Below the pieces are notes generated by a model. That model ran no database searches. It was not told the origin of the DNA and worked only from the letters and a program-made list of their open reading frames with translations. The position numbers and the translations under genes are program-made. Below, one piece after another: positions 49,284 through 60,540 of a stretch of DNA of 64,000 bases; the stretch's first letter is position 1, and every line of letters begins with the position of its first letter. The stretch is from Sedimentisphaerales bacterium (GTDB lineage Bacteria; Planctomycetota; Phycisphaerae; Sedimentisphaerales; SM23-30). Location: positions 64,001 to 128,000 of the forward strand of contig CAXXFK010000006.1 of the NCBI GenBank assembly GCA_963663965.2, given 5' to 3'.

Positions 49284-51884
49284 TCAATGGCCCGGGCTGA
49301 ACGCTGACATGGGGCCGAGTTCGAGGCCTTGAAGGATGGCTTCTTTATCATCGACCCCGGTCAGGTGGATATTGATTATGCCGTTTTGAGGATTGATATC
49401 GGTAAAAGTCTTATCTATCGCCCGGAAAATGCCACCCGCCGCATCGGGGATATTCATTTTTTCGATGACGGCCTTGTCATTGATTTTGACGTTGACGGCA
49501 TGCGAGAGACGCTGATTGTCTTTATCCCGTTCCAGGAAGGGATGCAGGGGGGTATCGGCGAACTTGAGAGTCACATAATAATCACCGGGGCCTACGGTCA
49601 GGTTTACCCAGAAATCCGGACCGTGAGCGCCGTATCGATAGATTTCGGGATCGGGAGTATTGCCGATATACATACTGCGGCGTTGTGTCCACCAGGCCTT
49701 TTCCACGGTATCATTGCCATAGCCGCTACGAATGATCCACTCAGTGGCCGGCCGCCAGGCGTTACCTTTAGAATCGATATAGTCCTGACGGAGCGGGTAT
49801 CCAAATATCATACGTTGATGGCCGGTGGGACCGGAACCCTGACCGAAATCGGGTTCGGCCAGCGCCTGGGATGTCTGGAGATAATCGATGGCGATTGTTT
49901 CACCGCTAGAGATCAGGTTGCCCTGACCCCGGACAATCATCTTTAAGGTGTGTTCGCTGTTATCCAGTCCATTTTTAAAATACAGCAATTGCCGGTTGCG
50001 GAATTGTGGATTCCAGCAATCAATCAAGGTGGATTGTTTCTGACCGTCCAGATAGACATCGGCCAGACCGCCATCAGGTCCAACGCGGCCGAAAACCCGG
50101 ATCTGATTTCCGGTGAAGTTGAACTCCAGGGCCGCATCTTTTCGGGATGTGATATGAAGCTCATTGTTCAGGGCGCCGGTATCAGTTGTTGCTTTCCACT
50201 CTTTGTTAAAATTCAGAGTTGAATCGTCGATCTGTTCCTGAGGATCGTTTGATCCGATGACGATGATACGGGTGGCCCGGTCATGTCGAATGGTGATGAG
50301 ATAATCAGAGCCGGGCAGCGGTTTGATGGTGTACCCATTGCGGTTGAGGGTTGCCAGTTCCGGCAGTGGCTTGGTATCGGCAGTGATTGAATCCGGCAGG
50401 AAGGATAGTCGCAGGATATCAATGGTTTTTTCGGGCGCGTCGAAGGTGGTGTATTCGATCCGGTTCTGCAGGTATACCACATGGTTGACAACGGACGTGC
50501 TGCGCATGATATGATTTTCATTTTTGGGTCCGAACAGTTCCGGTGTCCAAGCCAGGGCTTCCATGACCTGGCAGAGGGGCCAGGGATGGGCCAGATTGGA
50601 CCATTCCTTGGTGGCGACAGCGTCGCCGAAGATGCCATCCCAGACCACACCGTTTTCGTGGCTGTCGTAGGTTGCCATAATCATCATGCGCCGCCCGATT
50701 TCGAGGATGCGGTCGTTACTGGCCAGGACTCCGAAGCGCAGCAGAGTGGGGCCGGCGGTATACTGGTTGTAGGACAGTGAGGTACCGCAGCAGGTCAGGG
50801 ATTCAGGGAACGCCCAGGCCCCATGATAGACATCGCCCACCGAGTAAGGATCGGCGCCGTTGCGATTAAAAATAAGCGTCAGGATATTGCGTAAATCGGT
50901 TTGCCAGTTGGGAAAAGCCTGGGGATTTTTCATAATATAATCGCCGCACATGGAGACTATCCCGCAGATTACGGGATTGTCCCAATCCCAGTAATTGCGG
51001 CCCCAAGAGTCGTTTTGGAGCCATTCGGGCAGGAGGATCTCGCGAATATAACGCCGGCCCGCGTCGCGCGCTTTCAGAATCTGGCGTTCTTTGCCGGTGT
51101 AACCCATTCGAATAAGTTTGTCGAGGAATTCCAGGATCAGGGTCGTACTGCCGGTCAGTTCATCGGACCAGCCGACGACTTCCGGATGGGAATAACGGTT
51201 CCAGGGCGGCATAGAGGGATCCAGATTGCATTTTTCGGCAAAGACATCGCCCCAATGTTGAGCGGATTCGAGATAACGTTCGTTGCCGGTCAATTTATAG
51301 GCCCTGAGAATTTCAGTACCGACGATCGCGCAGAGATCAAGTTGGGTACGGGCCTCCTGGATACATTTGCCATAGGCCTTGCCGCTGGTCGGAGTGGCGA
51401 TGGGGAACCGCGGCCAGTCGTGATCCTCGCTGGTCTGGGCGTAATCAAGAATATAATCGGCAGTGAGCGGGATATAAAGAAACGCGATAGGGTCACCACT
51501 GTATTGGTAATAGGCAGTAAGGCCTTTGATAATACTCCAAGCCCGCTGACTGAGATCGCCGCACATCCAGTCATTGGTTGAGGGTATCAGGATAGTGCCG
51601 TCGGATTCAATGCTCCAATGGGAGTTGTAAATAAAATCGGGCGCGGCCATAACCGCTTTTTTGTCATCAACCCAGGGATAACGTTTCATGGTTTCAACCG
51701 CTATACGCAGACGGGTATCCAGCGGGCCGTTTTGACCAGGATGCCAGGGGGCAATGACCCCTTGTTCATCTTGACGGACACTATGGGCGTAATAGCTGGA
51801 TCGGGTCTGAGCGGATTGGGAATGGCTGCATGACAAGCAAAAAAACAATAGTGTTACGAATACTGAACAGGCGCCTGATTTCAT
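49284..51884 (-). CDS. Secreted (lipo)protein, putative carbohydrate-active enzyme with a C-terminal malectin-like domain
   Basis: CLSC lipobox-like signal; Trp/Asp-rich helical N-terminal domain; FTGNQIRV...ADVYLDG module; YYVTLKFA...NVKIND...GIINIHL malectin pattern. Confidence 0.65.
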   Translation of the reverse strand: MKSGACSVFVTLLFFCLSCSHSQSAQTRSSYYAHSVRQDEQGVIAPWHPGQNGPLDTRLRIAVETMKRYPWVDDKKAVMAAPDFIYNSHWSIESDGTILIPSTNDWMCGDLSQRAWSIIKGLTAYYQYSGDPIAFLYIPLTADYILDYAQTSEDHDWPRFPIATPTSGKAYGKCIQEARTQLDLCAIVGTEILRAYKLTGNERYLESAQHWGDVFAEKCNLDPSMPPWNRYSHPEVVGWSDELTGSTTLILEFLDKLIRMGYTGKERQILKARDAGRRYIREILLPEWLQNDSWGRNYWDWDNPVICGIVSMCGDYIMKNPQAFPNWQTDLRNILTLIFNRNGADPYSVGDVYHGAWAFPESLTCCGTSLSYNQYTAGPTLLRFGVLASNDRILEIGRRMMIMATYDSHENGVVWDGIFGDAVATKEWSNLAHPWPLCQVMEALAWTPELFGPKNENHIMRSTSVVNHVVYLQNRIEYTTFDAPEKTIDILRLSFLPDSITADTKPLPELATLNRNGYTIKPLPGSDYLITIRHDRATRIIVIGSNDPQEQIDDSTLNFNKEWKATTDTGALNNELHITSRKDAALEFNFTGNQIRVFGRVGPDGGLADVYLDGQKQSTLIDCWNPQFRNRQLLYFKNGLDNSEHTLKMIVRGQGNLISSGETIAIDYLQTSQALAEPDFGQGSGPTGHQRMIFGYPLRQDYIDSKGNAWRPATEWIIRSGYGNDTVEKAWWTQRRSMYIGNTPDPEIYRYGAHGPDFWVNLTVGPGDYYVTLKFADTPLHPFLERDKDNQRLSHAVNVKINDKAVIEKMNIPDAAGGIFRAIDKTFTDINPQNGIINIHLTGVDDKEAILQGLELGPMSAFSPGH

Positions 51885-51981
51885 GGTTGTCTTTCTCTCT
51901 TATGATCTTGATGACGGGTTAATGAATCGAAGAAGACTGCATGTGTCGACTGAAACCTGAATCAAAACAGGAGCGGCAGGA

Positions 51982-52833
51982 TTACGGCAGCAGTCCTTGA
52001 CGACTGGTGTCCCAAAGCAGGTTATAACGGCGAAGCGAAATATTGAAAGGGGGTGGAGCGTTGTCTTGATCCCAAACTTTTTCTGGCGGTAGAAAATCGG
52101 AATGGCCGTCGAAATATGCCAGAGAAGCGGTTCCGGCGTGGCGGTAACAGGTCATGCCTATATTGCCACGGGTAATGCTTTCGCCGCCCGGATTACCACT
52201 GATTAAGCCATTCCAATAATCTGGATTGGATCTTACGTATTTAGCCTGATAGTAATTACTGTCGATAAACATCATGACGCTGGCGGGCTGTTTGATCGAA
52301 CTGGCTCGATGCCCGTAAAAAGTACCCCGGGGCCACCAGGTGGCATCGTCGTTCAGGTTGCCGTTGCCACGCCATTGTTCGGTATTCAGGCCATAGCTCT
52401 GAACCACTTTCCAGCCTTCTTTACTCAGAATGTCGGCGGTATATTCATCGAGATCCCTGATTTTCTGGGCCGGGCAGCGCAGTTCATCGGGATACAAAAA
52501 CGCATCGTTCCAACCGCCATCTTCAATTTTGACACGACTGGAAACCGATATAATTTTACGGTATTCGAGGTTTTCGCACCAGCGTTCATCCCAGGTTTTA
52601 GAGGGACGAGGTTGAGAAAAGGGCACAAAATAGTCGTTGTTGTTGGCTGAGTAAGCGATGTTGGCCATGCCGTAGGATTTCAACAGAGCCAGACAGGCCA
52701 CACGCCGGGCGGATTCCCTGGCTTTACCCAGGGCCGGCATCAGGATCGCCACCAGCAACGCAATGATTGAGATTACCACCAGCAATTCAATTAAGGTAAA
52801 ACCGCGTTTCAGCCTGTCATCAGACACTGGCAT
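51982..52833 (-). CDS. Prepilin-type N-terminal cleavage/methylation protein with H-X9-DG motif
   Basis: [48 protein letters not shown]. Confidence 0.92.
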   Translation of the reverse strand: MPVSDDRLKRGFTLIELLVVISIIALLVAILMPALGKARESARRVACLALLKSYGMANIAYSANNNDYFVPFSQPRPSKTWDERWCENLEYRKIISVSSRVKIEDGGWNDAFLYPDELRCPAQKIRDLDEYTADILSKEGWKVVQSYGLNTEQWRGNGNLNDDATWWPRGTFYGHRASSIKQPASVMMFIDSNYYQAKYVRSNPDYWNGLISGNPGGESITRGNIGMTCYRHAGTASLAYFDGHSDFLPPEKVWDQDNAPPPFNISLRRYNLLWDTSRQGLLP

Positions 52834-52986
52834 AAGAACACTCCCTATTTATTAGCGGATATTCCTGGATAACATAGGGAAGCCAGATGAGCCATTGACG
52901 CTCAAAAAGCCCCCTTTGACTTGTTTGAAATTCAAACAAGCTACACATTTTCTCTTTTTCGGGTGAAAGGAATTAATTTAATAAAA

Positions 52987-53853
52987 TCAGTTTCTACTTT
53001 TTTTTCGCAGTAGCACGCTGCCGCCCAACGCCAGTAATGTCAATGTTGCCGGTTCGGGTACAACACTTACTGTCAACGGGGTGGCCGTATTATTATAAAG
53101 CGCAGCGACACCATCGGCGTCGAGATAGCAATCTCCCCAGATGGCGACGTCGTCCAGAGCGCCCATAAAGAAATCTTTATCAGGCCAGGTCTGACCACCA
53201 ATCTTGAAAACGGCGGTATCCCAGCCATCTTTCCATATATCGTTTATTTCCTGATCCGCAATAGCGATGGAATTGCCCACGCCGTTGATATAGCGAGTCA
53301 GGTTTTCGCCATCGTAAGTCAGGGCAAAATGGTACCAGGTGTCCATGGGTCCGGTTGTTCCGATATCCAATTGGAATTCCGAAGTACCGTAGGGCCAGAA
53401 GTAGTCGTGTTTCCAACCGGGAACACCCAGTTCGATTTCATAATTCGGACAGGAGATCAGTCTTTGATAACCTGCACCGTCTCCAACATTCATTGCTACG
53501 CTGTCTTCATCCTGGCGGATCCAAGTAGACACGGACCAGTTGGCCCCCAGATACCTGAGAGAATCGCTTTTGAGTGCGGCGACATAATTGAAGTTCTGGC
53601 CGTTGGGTGTGCCAAAAAGCAGGGCGCCATTGTTCACTCCGGTCGTCCAGGCGGGCGAAGTAGTACCGCTTAGAGGGGATGGAGGATTGCCAGCCTCCGT
53701 GGCAGCGATCAGCTGGCCATGATTGCCATAGGCCGAAGCGTCATAGGCAATATCGCCCTGACCTTCGTCAAAGGCCCAGTAGGCGCGCAAATCGGCTTGA
53801 GCCGTTGTTCCAATTAAAAGAGCAGCCACCAATAATAACCATATCACTTTCAT
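52987..53853 (-). CDS. PEP-CTERM protein with LamG-like domain
   Basis: Signal peptide; AYWAFDEG, WYHFALTYDG, GALDDVAIW; VPEPATLTLLALGGSVLLRKKSRN. Confidence 0.92.
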   Translation of the reverse strand: MKVIWLLLVAALLIGTTAQADLRAYWAFDEGQGDIAYDASAYGNHGQLIAATEAGNPPSPLSGTTSPAWTTGVNNGALLFGTPNGQNFNYVAALKSDSLRYLGANWSVSTWIRQDEDSVAMNVGDGAGYQRLISCPNYEIELGVPGWKHDYFWPYGTSEFQLDIGTTGPMDTWYHFALTYDGENLTRYINGVGNSIAIADQEINDIWKDGWDTAVFKIGGQTWPDKDFFMGALDDVAIWGDCYLDADGVAALYNNTATPLTVSVVPEPATLTLLALGGSVLLRKKSRN

Positions 53854-53923
53854 CTTGTTAACCTCCGTACAAAAGAGTTAAGAGTACCCCCGGACACACA
53901 CCGGGGATCCTTCATATTGTCCG

Positions 53924-56890
53924 TTACGGGCAAATCGCCGGATCGTTACAGGTCAGCCAATGCGCTGCAAGCAACAGGAGATCATCCAGGTCGACTGAAC
54001 AGTCATTATTCAGGTCGGTGCTAATCGTTAAACCGGAGATTTCCATCTGTTGTTGACAGGTATAAGGCCCGACTGGAGTTCTGGGTTCTTTACTGAGGTA
54101 AATTTCTTCAAAAGTGGGGTAAAGTACGGCGGGATCGTCGCAGCGGGCGCTGACATAGAAATAATTTCCTGCCATGGTCGCGTCGGCGGTAAAACTGGTT
54201 TCCGCTGACAGCCAAGGAGTATATGGGCTATTGTTGTAATCGGGATTGCCTACCAGGGGACCGACTATGGGAGCTTTGAGCGACGCAATCAAGTTCCCGG
54301 CGAGAGGTTTGTTTTGCCTCGAGGTCAGCCAATAGATATCTACTACCATATTAGGATCTTTAGCGGGCCAACTAGTGCCCGATACATATTGTGAGCCATT
54401 AATACAGGCAAGGAAATCAAGATAGTAAGTCTGTCCGTTCTGGATGGTTTCGCCGGTTATTTTCTGTTCGATTTTATTGGTAAACCAGGCGGAAATCCTG
54501 CCGGTAGCCGGTTGCGGGGCGGGCGCCCAGAGCATACATTGCAAGCCGAAATAATAAGCGGCATTGGAACTGGTGTCCCAGCCGGGAATATTGTTCATAG
54601 TGAAATGGTTGACATAGGAGAACAGGTCGAGCCAGCCATCATTGTTATTGGTGCCCATCGACAGCGAACTATAATCTTCGAAATCACCATTGACCAGCAG
54701 ATTGTTTCTGCGACAGGCAGATGGTTGACTGATCGTTATAGACGCTTTACCAATCACGCCATATCCAGCAGCGGTAGAGTCCGGGAATGGGTTGGGGCCG
54801 AACTCGAAACGTAATCGTAGAAACCTGCCATGGGCATCCGCATCGGCGGTAAATTCGGTTGATATTTCGCGCCAGACCAAGTATTCCGGCATGATGTATT
54901 CAGAGCTGGCGACCGGAACTACGATGCCTGGATTATCGGGATCATCTACATATTCCAGGATCATTGTCAGCATACTCAGGTACGCACCACCGGTCCCGGC
55001 AATCATTGCCGAACAGTTGTAGGTTTTTCCATTTTCGATTGGTGTCGCGGTGACGGTCTGCTGTAAATCAGTCGTGGCATCGATATAAGCGGCAACCGAC
55101 CCGCCGGCGGGTTGACTGGCTTGGTTAGCGGCAGCGCCAGATTGACTGACATTCTGGATGCCGGCAACCGCCGGGTCGTCAGTTGGCGGAACGAACTGCC
55201 ACCCGAAGGGCGTCATTCCGGTGAAATCGCCATTGCCGGGGACCTGATCGAGATTATAGTAAAAATCGGGATTGATCAGCAATTCTCCATTTTTGATATC
55301 CGGTTCCGGTGGAAAGATTGTCTGCCATTGTTCAGAGAGCAGGGTATAATCGTTTAATTCAACCTGACAATCGTTATTCAGATCACCCGTCAGACCGCTA
55401 TTGCCAAAATTATAGTCAATACGGGCCTGGCAGGTCATGAAGGCTACCGGGTCAATTCGGACAAAATCGAAATAGCCAAAGGATTCCCCGCGTCCCGGTC
55501 CGGTTCCCTGTTGGACATAACAAACCGCCTTGAATCTCTGGTTGTGGTCCGTCGCCGTTGAGGTATAGAGCGTGCTGACGTCAAACCAGGTTTTATTCGC
55601 GGTTATGTTTTTTTGTAGATCGGCAATCAGAACCTCATTGCCATAGGGAGATTCCAGGTCAACACGATAAAATTTAACTCCAACGATGTTGCCAATGGCA
55701 TTTTCTCCGCCGATCCGGGCTTTCAGTTCATACTGGATATCTGCAAAAGCGCGTCGGCCCAGGGCGACCTGTGATATCGTGTCGTCGATGGTGCAGTATC
55801 CGGCGTATTCAATATTTGTCGCATCGCCATCCCAGAGTCCGGCATTTGCCAGTCCCCAAAAATTGGGATCATTGTTATTGGGATCGGTGATCTGTTCATT
55901 GACCTGCCAGTTCCAGGAAGATTTTCCCTGGGCTTTTTCGTCAAAATCCAGGACAACCTGTCCATTGTTGTATCGAATAATGAACGAGGGATCCCAGAGG
56001 TAGGTGATGGGGCTATCATCTTCGACCGATATTTTGGTCCAGGGGCCGCTGAAATCACCACTCATGATCGTCTGGATTTGAGTTTGGGATAGCGCCTGGT
56101 TAAAGATGGCGACATCATCCAGTGCGCCGATAAAGTAATCTTTGGCTTGATCGGTTTGACGCGCCAACCGTAAATATTCCCAGTTATCCCAGGTGGCAGG
56201 GAGAAATTCACTGGCGATTGGAGTTGAAAAGACGGGGCTACCATTAATGTATTTAATCAGATTAACGCCATCGTAAACCAGCGCCATATGGTACCATTGT
56301 TTTAATGACTGAGTTGCCCCGATGGCCTTATCAAACGTGCCGGTACTCCCATCTGGATAATAAGGCCAGAAATAGTCAGTCCGGTCATTAGCTGTTCCCA
56401 GTTCGATTTCATAAGCGGGACAGGAAATGACTCGCTGGTAACCGCCGCCTCCGCCAATGTTGATGGCCGGATCATTGACATATTGGTTGATCCATAACGT
56501 GATCGTCCAGCGGGTGCCCAGATTATTCAGGCTGTCAGATCTTCCGCTGATTAGATAGGCGTAATTCCAGTTCTGATTACTGGAGTCGGGCAGGGAGCCG
56601 TTCGACATGGTGCAAAATTCCAAAGCGGTACCATGACTACTGTGGGAAATCCATCTGGGCATAGTACTGGGAGCCGAAGAACCATTAACCAAACCATCTG
56701 GGGCGTTCCATAATCCAAAGTGGTTATTGAAACCGGACGCATCATAAGCCTCTGTTCCGCTACCTTCATCGAATTGCCAAAGCCCTACAAGGTCAGCTGA
56801 TGCCATGCTTGCGAAGTGTAAAAAAACAACGATCAGATAAACAATCACTTTTCTCATGGCAATATTCCCCAATAATTTTGCATTCAACAT
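53924..56890 (-). CDS. Secreted LamG-domain, CBM-like-domain, dockerin-like protein; likely start at 56857
   Basis: GLWQFDEG, WYHMALVYDG, GALDDVAIF; LLINPDF and LLVNGDFE modules; GDLNNDCQV and TDLNNDCSV repeats. Confidence 0.85.
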   Translation of the reverse strand: MLNAKLLGNIAMRKVIVYLIVVFLHFASMASADLVGLWQFDEGSGTEAYDASGFNNHFGLWNAPDGLVNGSSAPSTMPRWISHSSHGTALEFCTMSNGSLPDSSNQNWNYAYLISGRSDSLNNLGTRWTITLWINQYVNDPAINIGGGGGYQRVISCPAYEIELGTANDRTDYFWPYYPDGSTGTFDKAIGATQSLKQWYHMALVYDGVNLIKYINGSPVFSTPIASEFLPATWDNWEYLRLARQTDQAKDYFIGALDDVAIFNQALSQTQIQTIMSGDFSGPWTKISVEDDSPITYLWDPSFIIRYNNGQVVLDFDEKAQGKSSWNWQVNEQITDPNNNDPNFWGLANAGLWDGDATNIEYAGYCTIDDTISQVALGRRAFADIQYELKARIGGENAIGNIVGVKFYRVDLESPYGNEVLIADLQKNITANKTWFDVSTLYTSTATDHNQRFKAVCYVQQGTGPGRGESFGYFDFVRIDPVAFMTCQARIDYNFGNSGLTGDLNNDCQVELNDYTLLSEQWQTIFPPEPDIKNGELLINPDFYYNLDQVPGNGDFTGMTPFGWQFVPPTDDPAVAGIQNVSQSGAAANQASQPAGGSVAAYIDATTDLQQTVTATPIENGKTYNCSAMIAGTGGAYLSMLTMILEYVDDPDNPGIVVPVASSEYIMPEYLVWREISTEFTADADAHGRFLRLRFEFGPNPFPDSTAAGYGVIGKASITISQPSACRRNNLLVNGDFEDYSSLSMGTNNNDGWLDLFSYVNHFTMNNIPGWDTSSNAAYYFGLQCMLWAPAPQPATGRISAWFTNKIEQKITGETIQNGQTYYLDFLACINGSQYVSGTSWPAKDPNMVVDIYWLTSRQNKPLAGNLIASLKAPIVGPLVGNPDYNNSPYTPWLSAETSFTADATMAGNYFYVSARCDDPAVLYPTFEEIYLSKEPRTPVGPYTCQQQMEISGLTISTDLNNDCSVDLDDLLLLAAHWLTCNDPAICP

Positions 56891-57359
56891 GTCGACACAC
56901 TTACGCCTGAATAATATGGAACATACCAGCTATCTGGCCGAACTGTTTGCACAGGCCCTATTAACTATTAATAGCATAACTTTAAGTATATCTGCAAATA
57001 TCAGGAAATAAAATGGTTGAAACTCTTATTTTAAAAATTTTATGATGTAAAACGCAAATTTTGTTTGCAACCAGTTAAAAAGGGGAAAAAGCGATATCTG
57101 GACCATCGCAAATCTTTGTAACAAGAAAAAGAGCTAAAGAAAAAGTGGTGAAATAAATTAAAATCAACCATTTAAAACTGATGACAAAATGTTTAATACT
57201 CTCAAATAAGATTAAAAATAATGGATATAATGTGTGTTACTCTTATTTTGATGTCATATCATATGCGTGGCCATCTATATTATTTTAGATTTTTTTCTTG
57301 CTAATCTTGCTTTAAATGGTGATATTGGAATTTATTGACAATTGAATTAACGATAGAAC

Positions 57360-58298
57360 ATGGGATTGGACATGGGTAAAAGTCTTCAATACTATGCGGA
57401 CAATCTGATCGTTTCGCCTAAATCCGAACGTCGTCAGTTGCATTTAAATCATATCGATGCCAAACTAATCAAGGATCGGGACATCATATTAGCGGCATTA
57501 TGCCATTTGAAAGAGGAATGCGAGGTCTATCGTAAGAAACCCGAGGTTCATGTGATAATCTTTTCGCTGGCAGGTAAAGCGACGTTATTTATCGCGGATT
57601 CCCCCAAACGAGGTATTCCTATTGAACCTGAAACCGTAATTATTTTGCCTGCCGGTCATCCACACAAATATGTCATGGAGGAGGCCGAATGGAAAGCGAT
57701 CTGGTTTTACTTGGTTGACAGTAATATCTGGCGACATATACGGGAGAGCAAACCGCATATCCGGGCCTCACTGACTCAAAACGAGATTCGGGCCGCAATG
57801 GAGGGGTTTCTGGCTGAAACTCTTCGTAACGATAACCGGGCCCGCCAGGCCATCCGACACTATGCCGATCTGATCGTTTTGAACCTGGATCGGGAACTGG
57901 AGATGGAGGAAAATCCCGGCCGACAGGAAATGAAGCAGAGGCTGTACCGGTTATGGGACGTTGTCAACGCCAATCTGTCACATAATTGGACGGTCATGGA
58001 AATGGCAGAACAGGTGGGTATTTCCCCGCAGCATTTTTATAAAATCAGCGCACGGTTTTCTGGATTTACCCCGGTAGAAATGGTAACGCGCTTGAGAATG
58101 CAGCAGGCGCAAGAGTATTTAATCAGTACAGACTATATGATCAAATCGATAGCCAGGTTGCTGGGCTACTCCGATTCTTTCAGTTTTTCCGCAGCGTTTA
58201 AACGTTATAGCGGATGCAGTCCCAGGAAATTCCGGGATAAACATCTGAATCAATACGCCCAGAAATCCAGAGAAGAAAGTGAAGATGGTTGGTATTAA
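57360..58298 (+). CDS. AraC-family transcriptional regulator
   Basis: WTVMEMAEQVGIS...TP...RLRMQQAQEYL...IARLLGYSDSFSFSAAFKRYSGCSP. Confidence 0.93.
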   Translation: MGLDMGKSLQYYADNLIVSPKSERRQLHLNHIDAKLIKDRDIILAALCHLKEECEVYRKKPEVHVIIFSLAGKATLFIADSPKRGIPIEPETVIILPAGHPHKYVMEEAEWKAIWFYLVDSNIWRHIRESKPHIRASLTQNEIRAAMEGFLAETLRNDNRARQAIRHYADLIVLNLDRELEMEENPGRQEMKQRLYRLWDVVNANLSHNWTVMEMAEQVGISPQHFYKISARFSGFTPVEMVTRLRMQQAQEYLISTDYMIKSIARLLGYSDSFSFSAAFKRYSGCSPRKFRDKHLNQYAQKSREESEDGWY

Positions 58299-58327
58299 GT
58301 TAAATGTAGTTATTGAAAGGGTCTCAC

Positions 58328-60418
58328 ATGAAATCGAGTAATATTTGGTTATGTACCGGAATCGCAATATTTTTGGGCCTTACTGGATGTATGGCATCGG
58401 AATCAGATGTGGAACAGGCGGCGGGGAGTCATCCCACGACACATTCCCTCGAGCCAGTTTGCCAATTGACTTATCTCGATCTTATCAATCGGCTAGGCGA
58501 TCTGGAACGCCTGGCATTATTGCCACAAGAAGGCGAAGTATGTCGGCAGTGGTCTAGCTATGATCGATCCAGCCGATATGATGAAAGTTCTGGAAAGTAT
58601 GTCAACTGGGAGGCTAATAGTGACGGATTTGGCGGGAAGGGTTGGATTCGCAAAGAAAACGACAAACTGGTTCTGGCTGAGATGGAAGGGCCGGGATGTA
58701 TCTGGCGCATCTGGTCAGCTACCCCGCGAAACGGGCATGTAAGGATATATCTGGATGGCCAGTCTGAACCGGTGGTTGATCTGCCTTTTTTAGATTATTT
58801 CGACGGCAAGGTTAAACCGTTCGATCGTTCGGCACTGGTTCATATTCTTGCCAGCGGAAAAAACAATTATACCCCGATTCCTTTTCAGAAATCCTGTAAG
58901 ATTGTTGCAGACAGTGATTATGGCGAGTTTCATCATTTTACCTATACGCTGTATCCCAAGGGCACGCAGGTGCCAACGTTTTCAATGTCTCTTTCGCCGG
59001 ATGAAGCAAAAGCATTGGATGATATGAACGAATTTCTGGTCAATTGCGGGGCCAATGCTATTAAAGTTTATCCTGACCAACAAACCGAGTGGTTTGCTGT
59101 GACCTTATGGCCGGGACAATCGGAAGTATTCGAGCTTGAAGGAAAGCGAGCAATAACTTCGTGCGTTGTTGACATTAAGCTTCCTGACGATATTGAAGAG
59201 CAGCGTCGCATTTTGCGCGAATTGGCAGTGGCTGCCTATTGGGACTACGAATCAAATCCCAGTGTCTGGAGTCCCTTAGGAGATTTTTTCGGAACGGGAC
59301 CGGGTTATAATCCATATCGATCATTGCCGTTGGGGATGACAAAGGAAGGATTCTATGCCAATTGGTATATGCCATTCGAGCAGCATGCCAGGTTGGAGAT
59401 AATCAACGACGGCGATCAGTCTCAAACCGTGACGATTGAGCTGACCCACGCGTCGCATACCCTGGAGGCGGGTACTTACGGCAAATTTCACGCCAAGTGG
59501 CATCGAGACACCTTTTTGCCAGTTGAGCCGGAGCGCTGGATCGACTGGACAATGCTGAAAACCAGCGGCCGGGGACGATTTTGTGGCGTTCAGTTAGAGA
59601 TATGGAATCCGCGTGGGGGATGGTGGGGCGAAGGTGATGAAAAGTTTTTTGTGGATGGCGAAAAATTTCCTTCCATGTTTGGCACCGGCTCGGAAGATTA
59701 TTTCGGATATGCCTGGAGCGATCCCAAATTATTTGAAAACTGTTATCATAATCAGCCTATCAGTGAGGGGAATAAAGGGCATGTCTCGGTGAATCGCTGG
59801 CATATTGTCGATAATGTGCCGTTTCAGCATTCATTTGAGGGTACAATTGAAAAATTTTATAAAAACTCGCGACCGACACAATACGCCTGTATCGCGTACT
59901 GGTATCAGGCCGGAGGTCAGGATCCATACGAGGTTATGCCGCTTAATGAGAGAGTGGATTTCTACGCGCCATTGACTTATCCGATGACGATTGAAGATAT
60001 TGTCATTCTGGAAAAGCCAGAAGGTACTATCGAAGAACAGCACATGGGCAGTTTCAAAGCGGATAAATGGCGGGGAGACCGTCAGGTGTGGTGGATTGGT
60101 GAACAAGGCGCGCAGTTGAAGATTGGATTGGATATCGCGACAACCGGGCGTTATGAAATTAAAACGCGCCTAACCCAGGCGGCTGATTACGGTATTATCC
60201 AGTTTAACCTGGATGGCCAGAATGTGCTTAAACCGATGGATATGTATTTTGCCGATGGCGTCAAGGCGACCCAGGCGATTACGCTGGGAGATTTTGATCT
60301 TAATAAAGGACGGCATGTCCTGACTGTGGAAATTGTTGGCAGCAATCCGCAAGCGATTAAACGGTATATGGTGGGCATCGATTATATCGACGTTAAACTA
60401 TTGTCCAGGAAGCAGTAA
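58328..60418 (+). CDS. DUF2961 / GH172-family glycoside hydrolase, lipoprotein
   Basis: LTGC lipobox; SSYDR, GPGCIWRIW, PLGDFFG, WWGEGDEKFFVDGE, GTGSEDYFGYAW. Confidence 0.9.
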   Translation: MKSSNIWLCTGIAIFLGLTGCMASESDVEQAAGSHPTTHSLEPVCQLTYLDLINRLGDLERLALLPQEGEVCRQWSSYDRSSRYDESSGKYVNWEANSDGFGGKGWIRKENDKLVLAEMEGPGCIWRIWSATPRNGHVRIYLDGQSEPVVDLPFLDYFDGKVKPFDRSALVHILASGKNNYTPIPFQKSCKIVADSDYGEFHHFTYTLYPKGTQVPTFSMSLSPDEAKALDDMNEFLVNCGANAIKVYPDQQTEWFAVTLWPGQSEVFELEGKRAITSCVVDIKLPDDIEEQRRILRELAVAAYWDYESNPSVWSPLGDFFGTGPGYNPYRSLPLGMTKEGFYANWYMPFEQHARLEIINDGDQSQTVTIELTHASHTLEAGTYGKFHAKWHRDTFLPVEPERWIDWTMLKTSGRGRFCGVQLEIWNPRGGWWGEGDEKFFVDGEKFPSMFGTGSEDYFGYAWSDPKLFENCYHNQPISEGNKGHVSVNRWHIVDNVPFQHSFEGTIEKFYKNSRPTQYACIAYWYQAGGQDPYEVMPLNERVDFYAPLTYPMTIEDIVILEKPEGTIEEQHMGSFKADKWRGDRQVWWIGEQGAQLKIGLDIATTGRYEIKTRLTQAADYGIIQFNLDGQNVLKPMDMYFADGVKATQAITLGDFDLNKGRHVLTVEIVGSNPQAIKRYMVGIDYIDVKLLSRKQ

Positions 60419-60540
60419 TTGCGCGTACCAAAAGGATAGCCCTTGGACTCGTTCACGATTAATCGCCGTCAGTTGCTGAGCGCTTTTGCTGCTGCCGGCG
60501 AAATAAAAGAGGGACTTACAATTAATACCGGAATTGAGAC

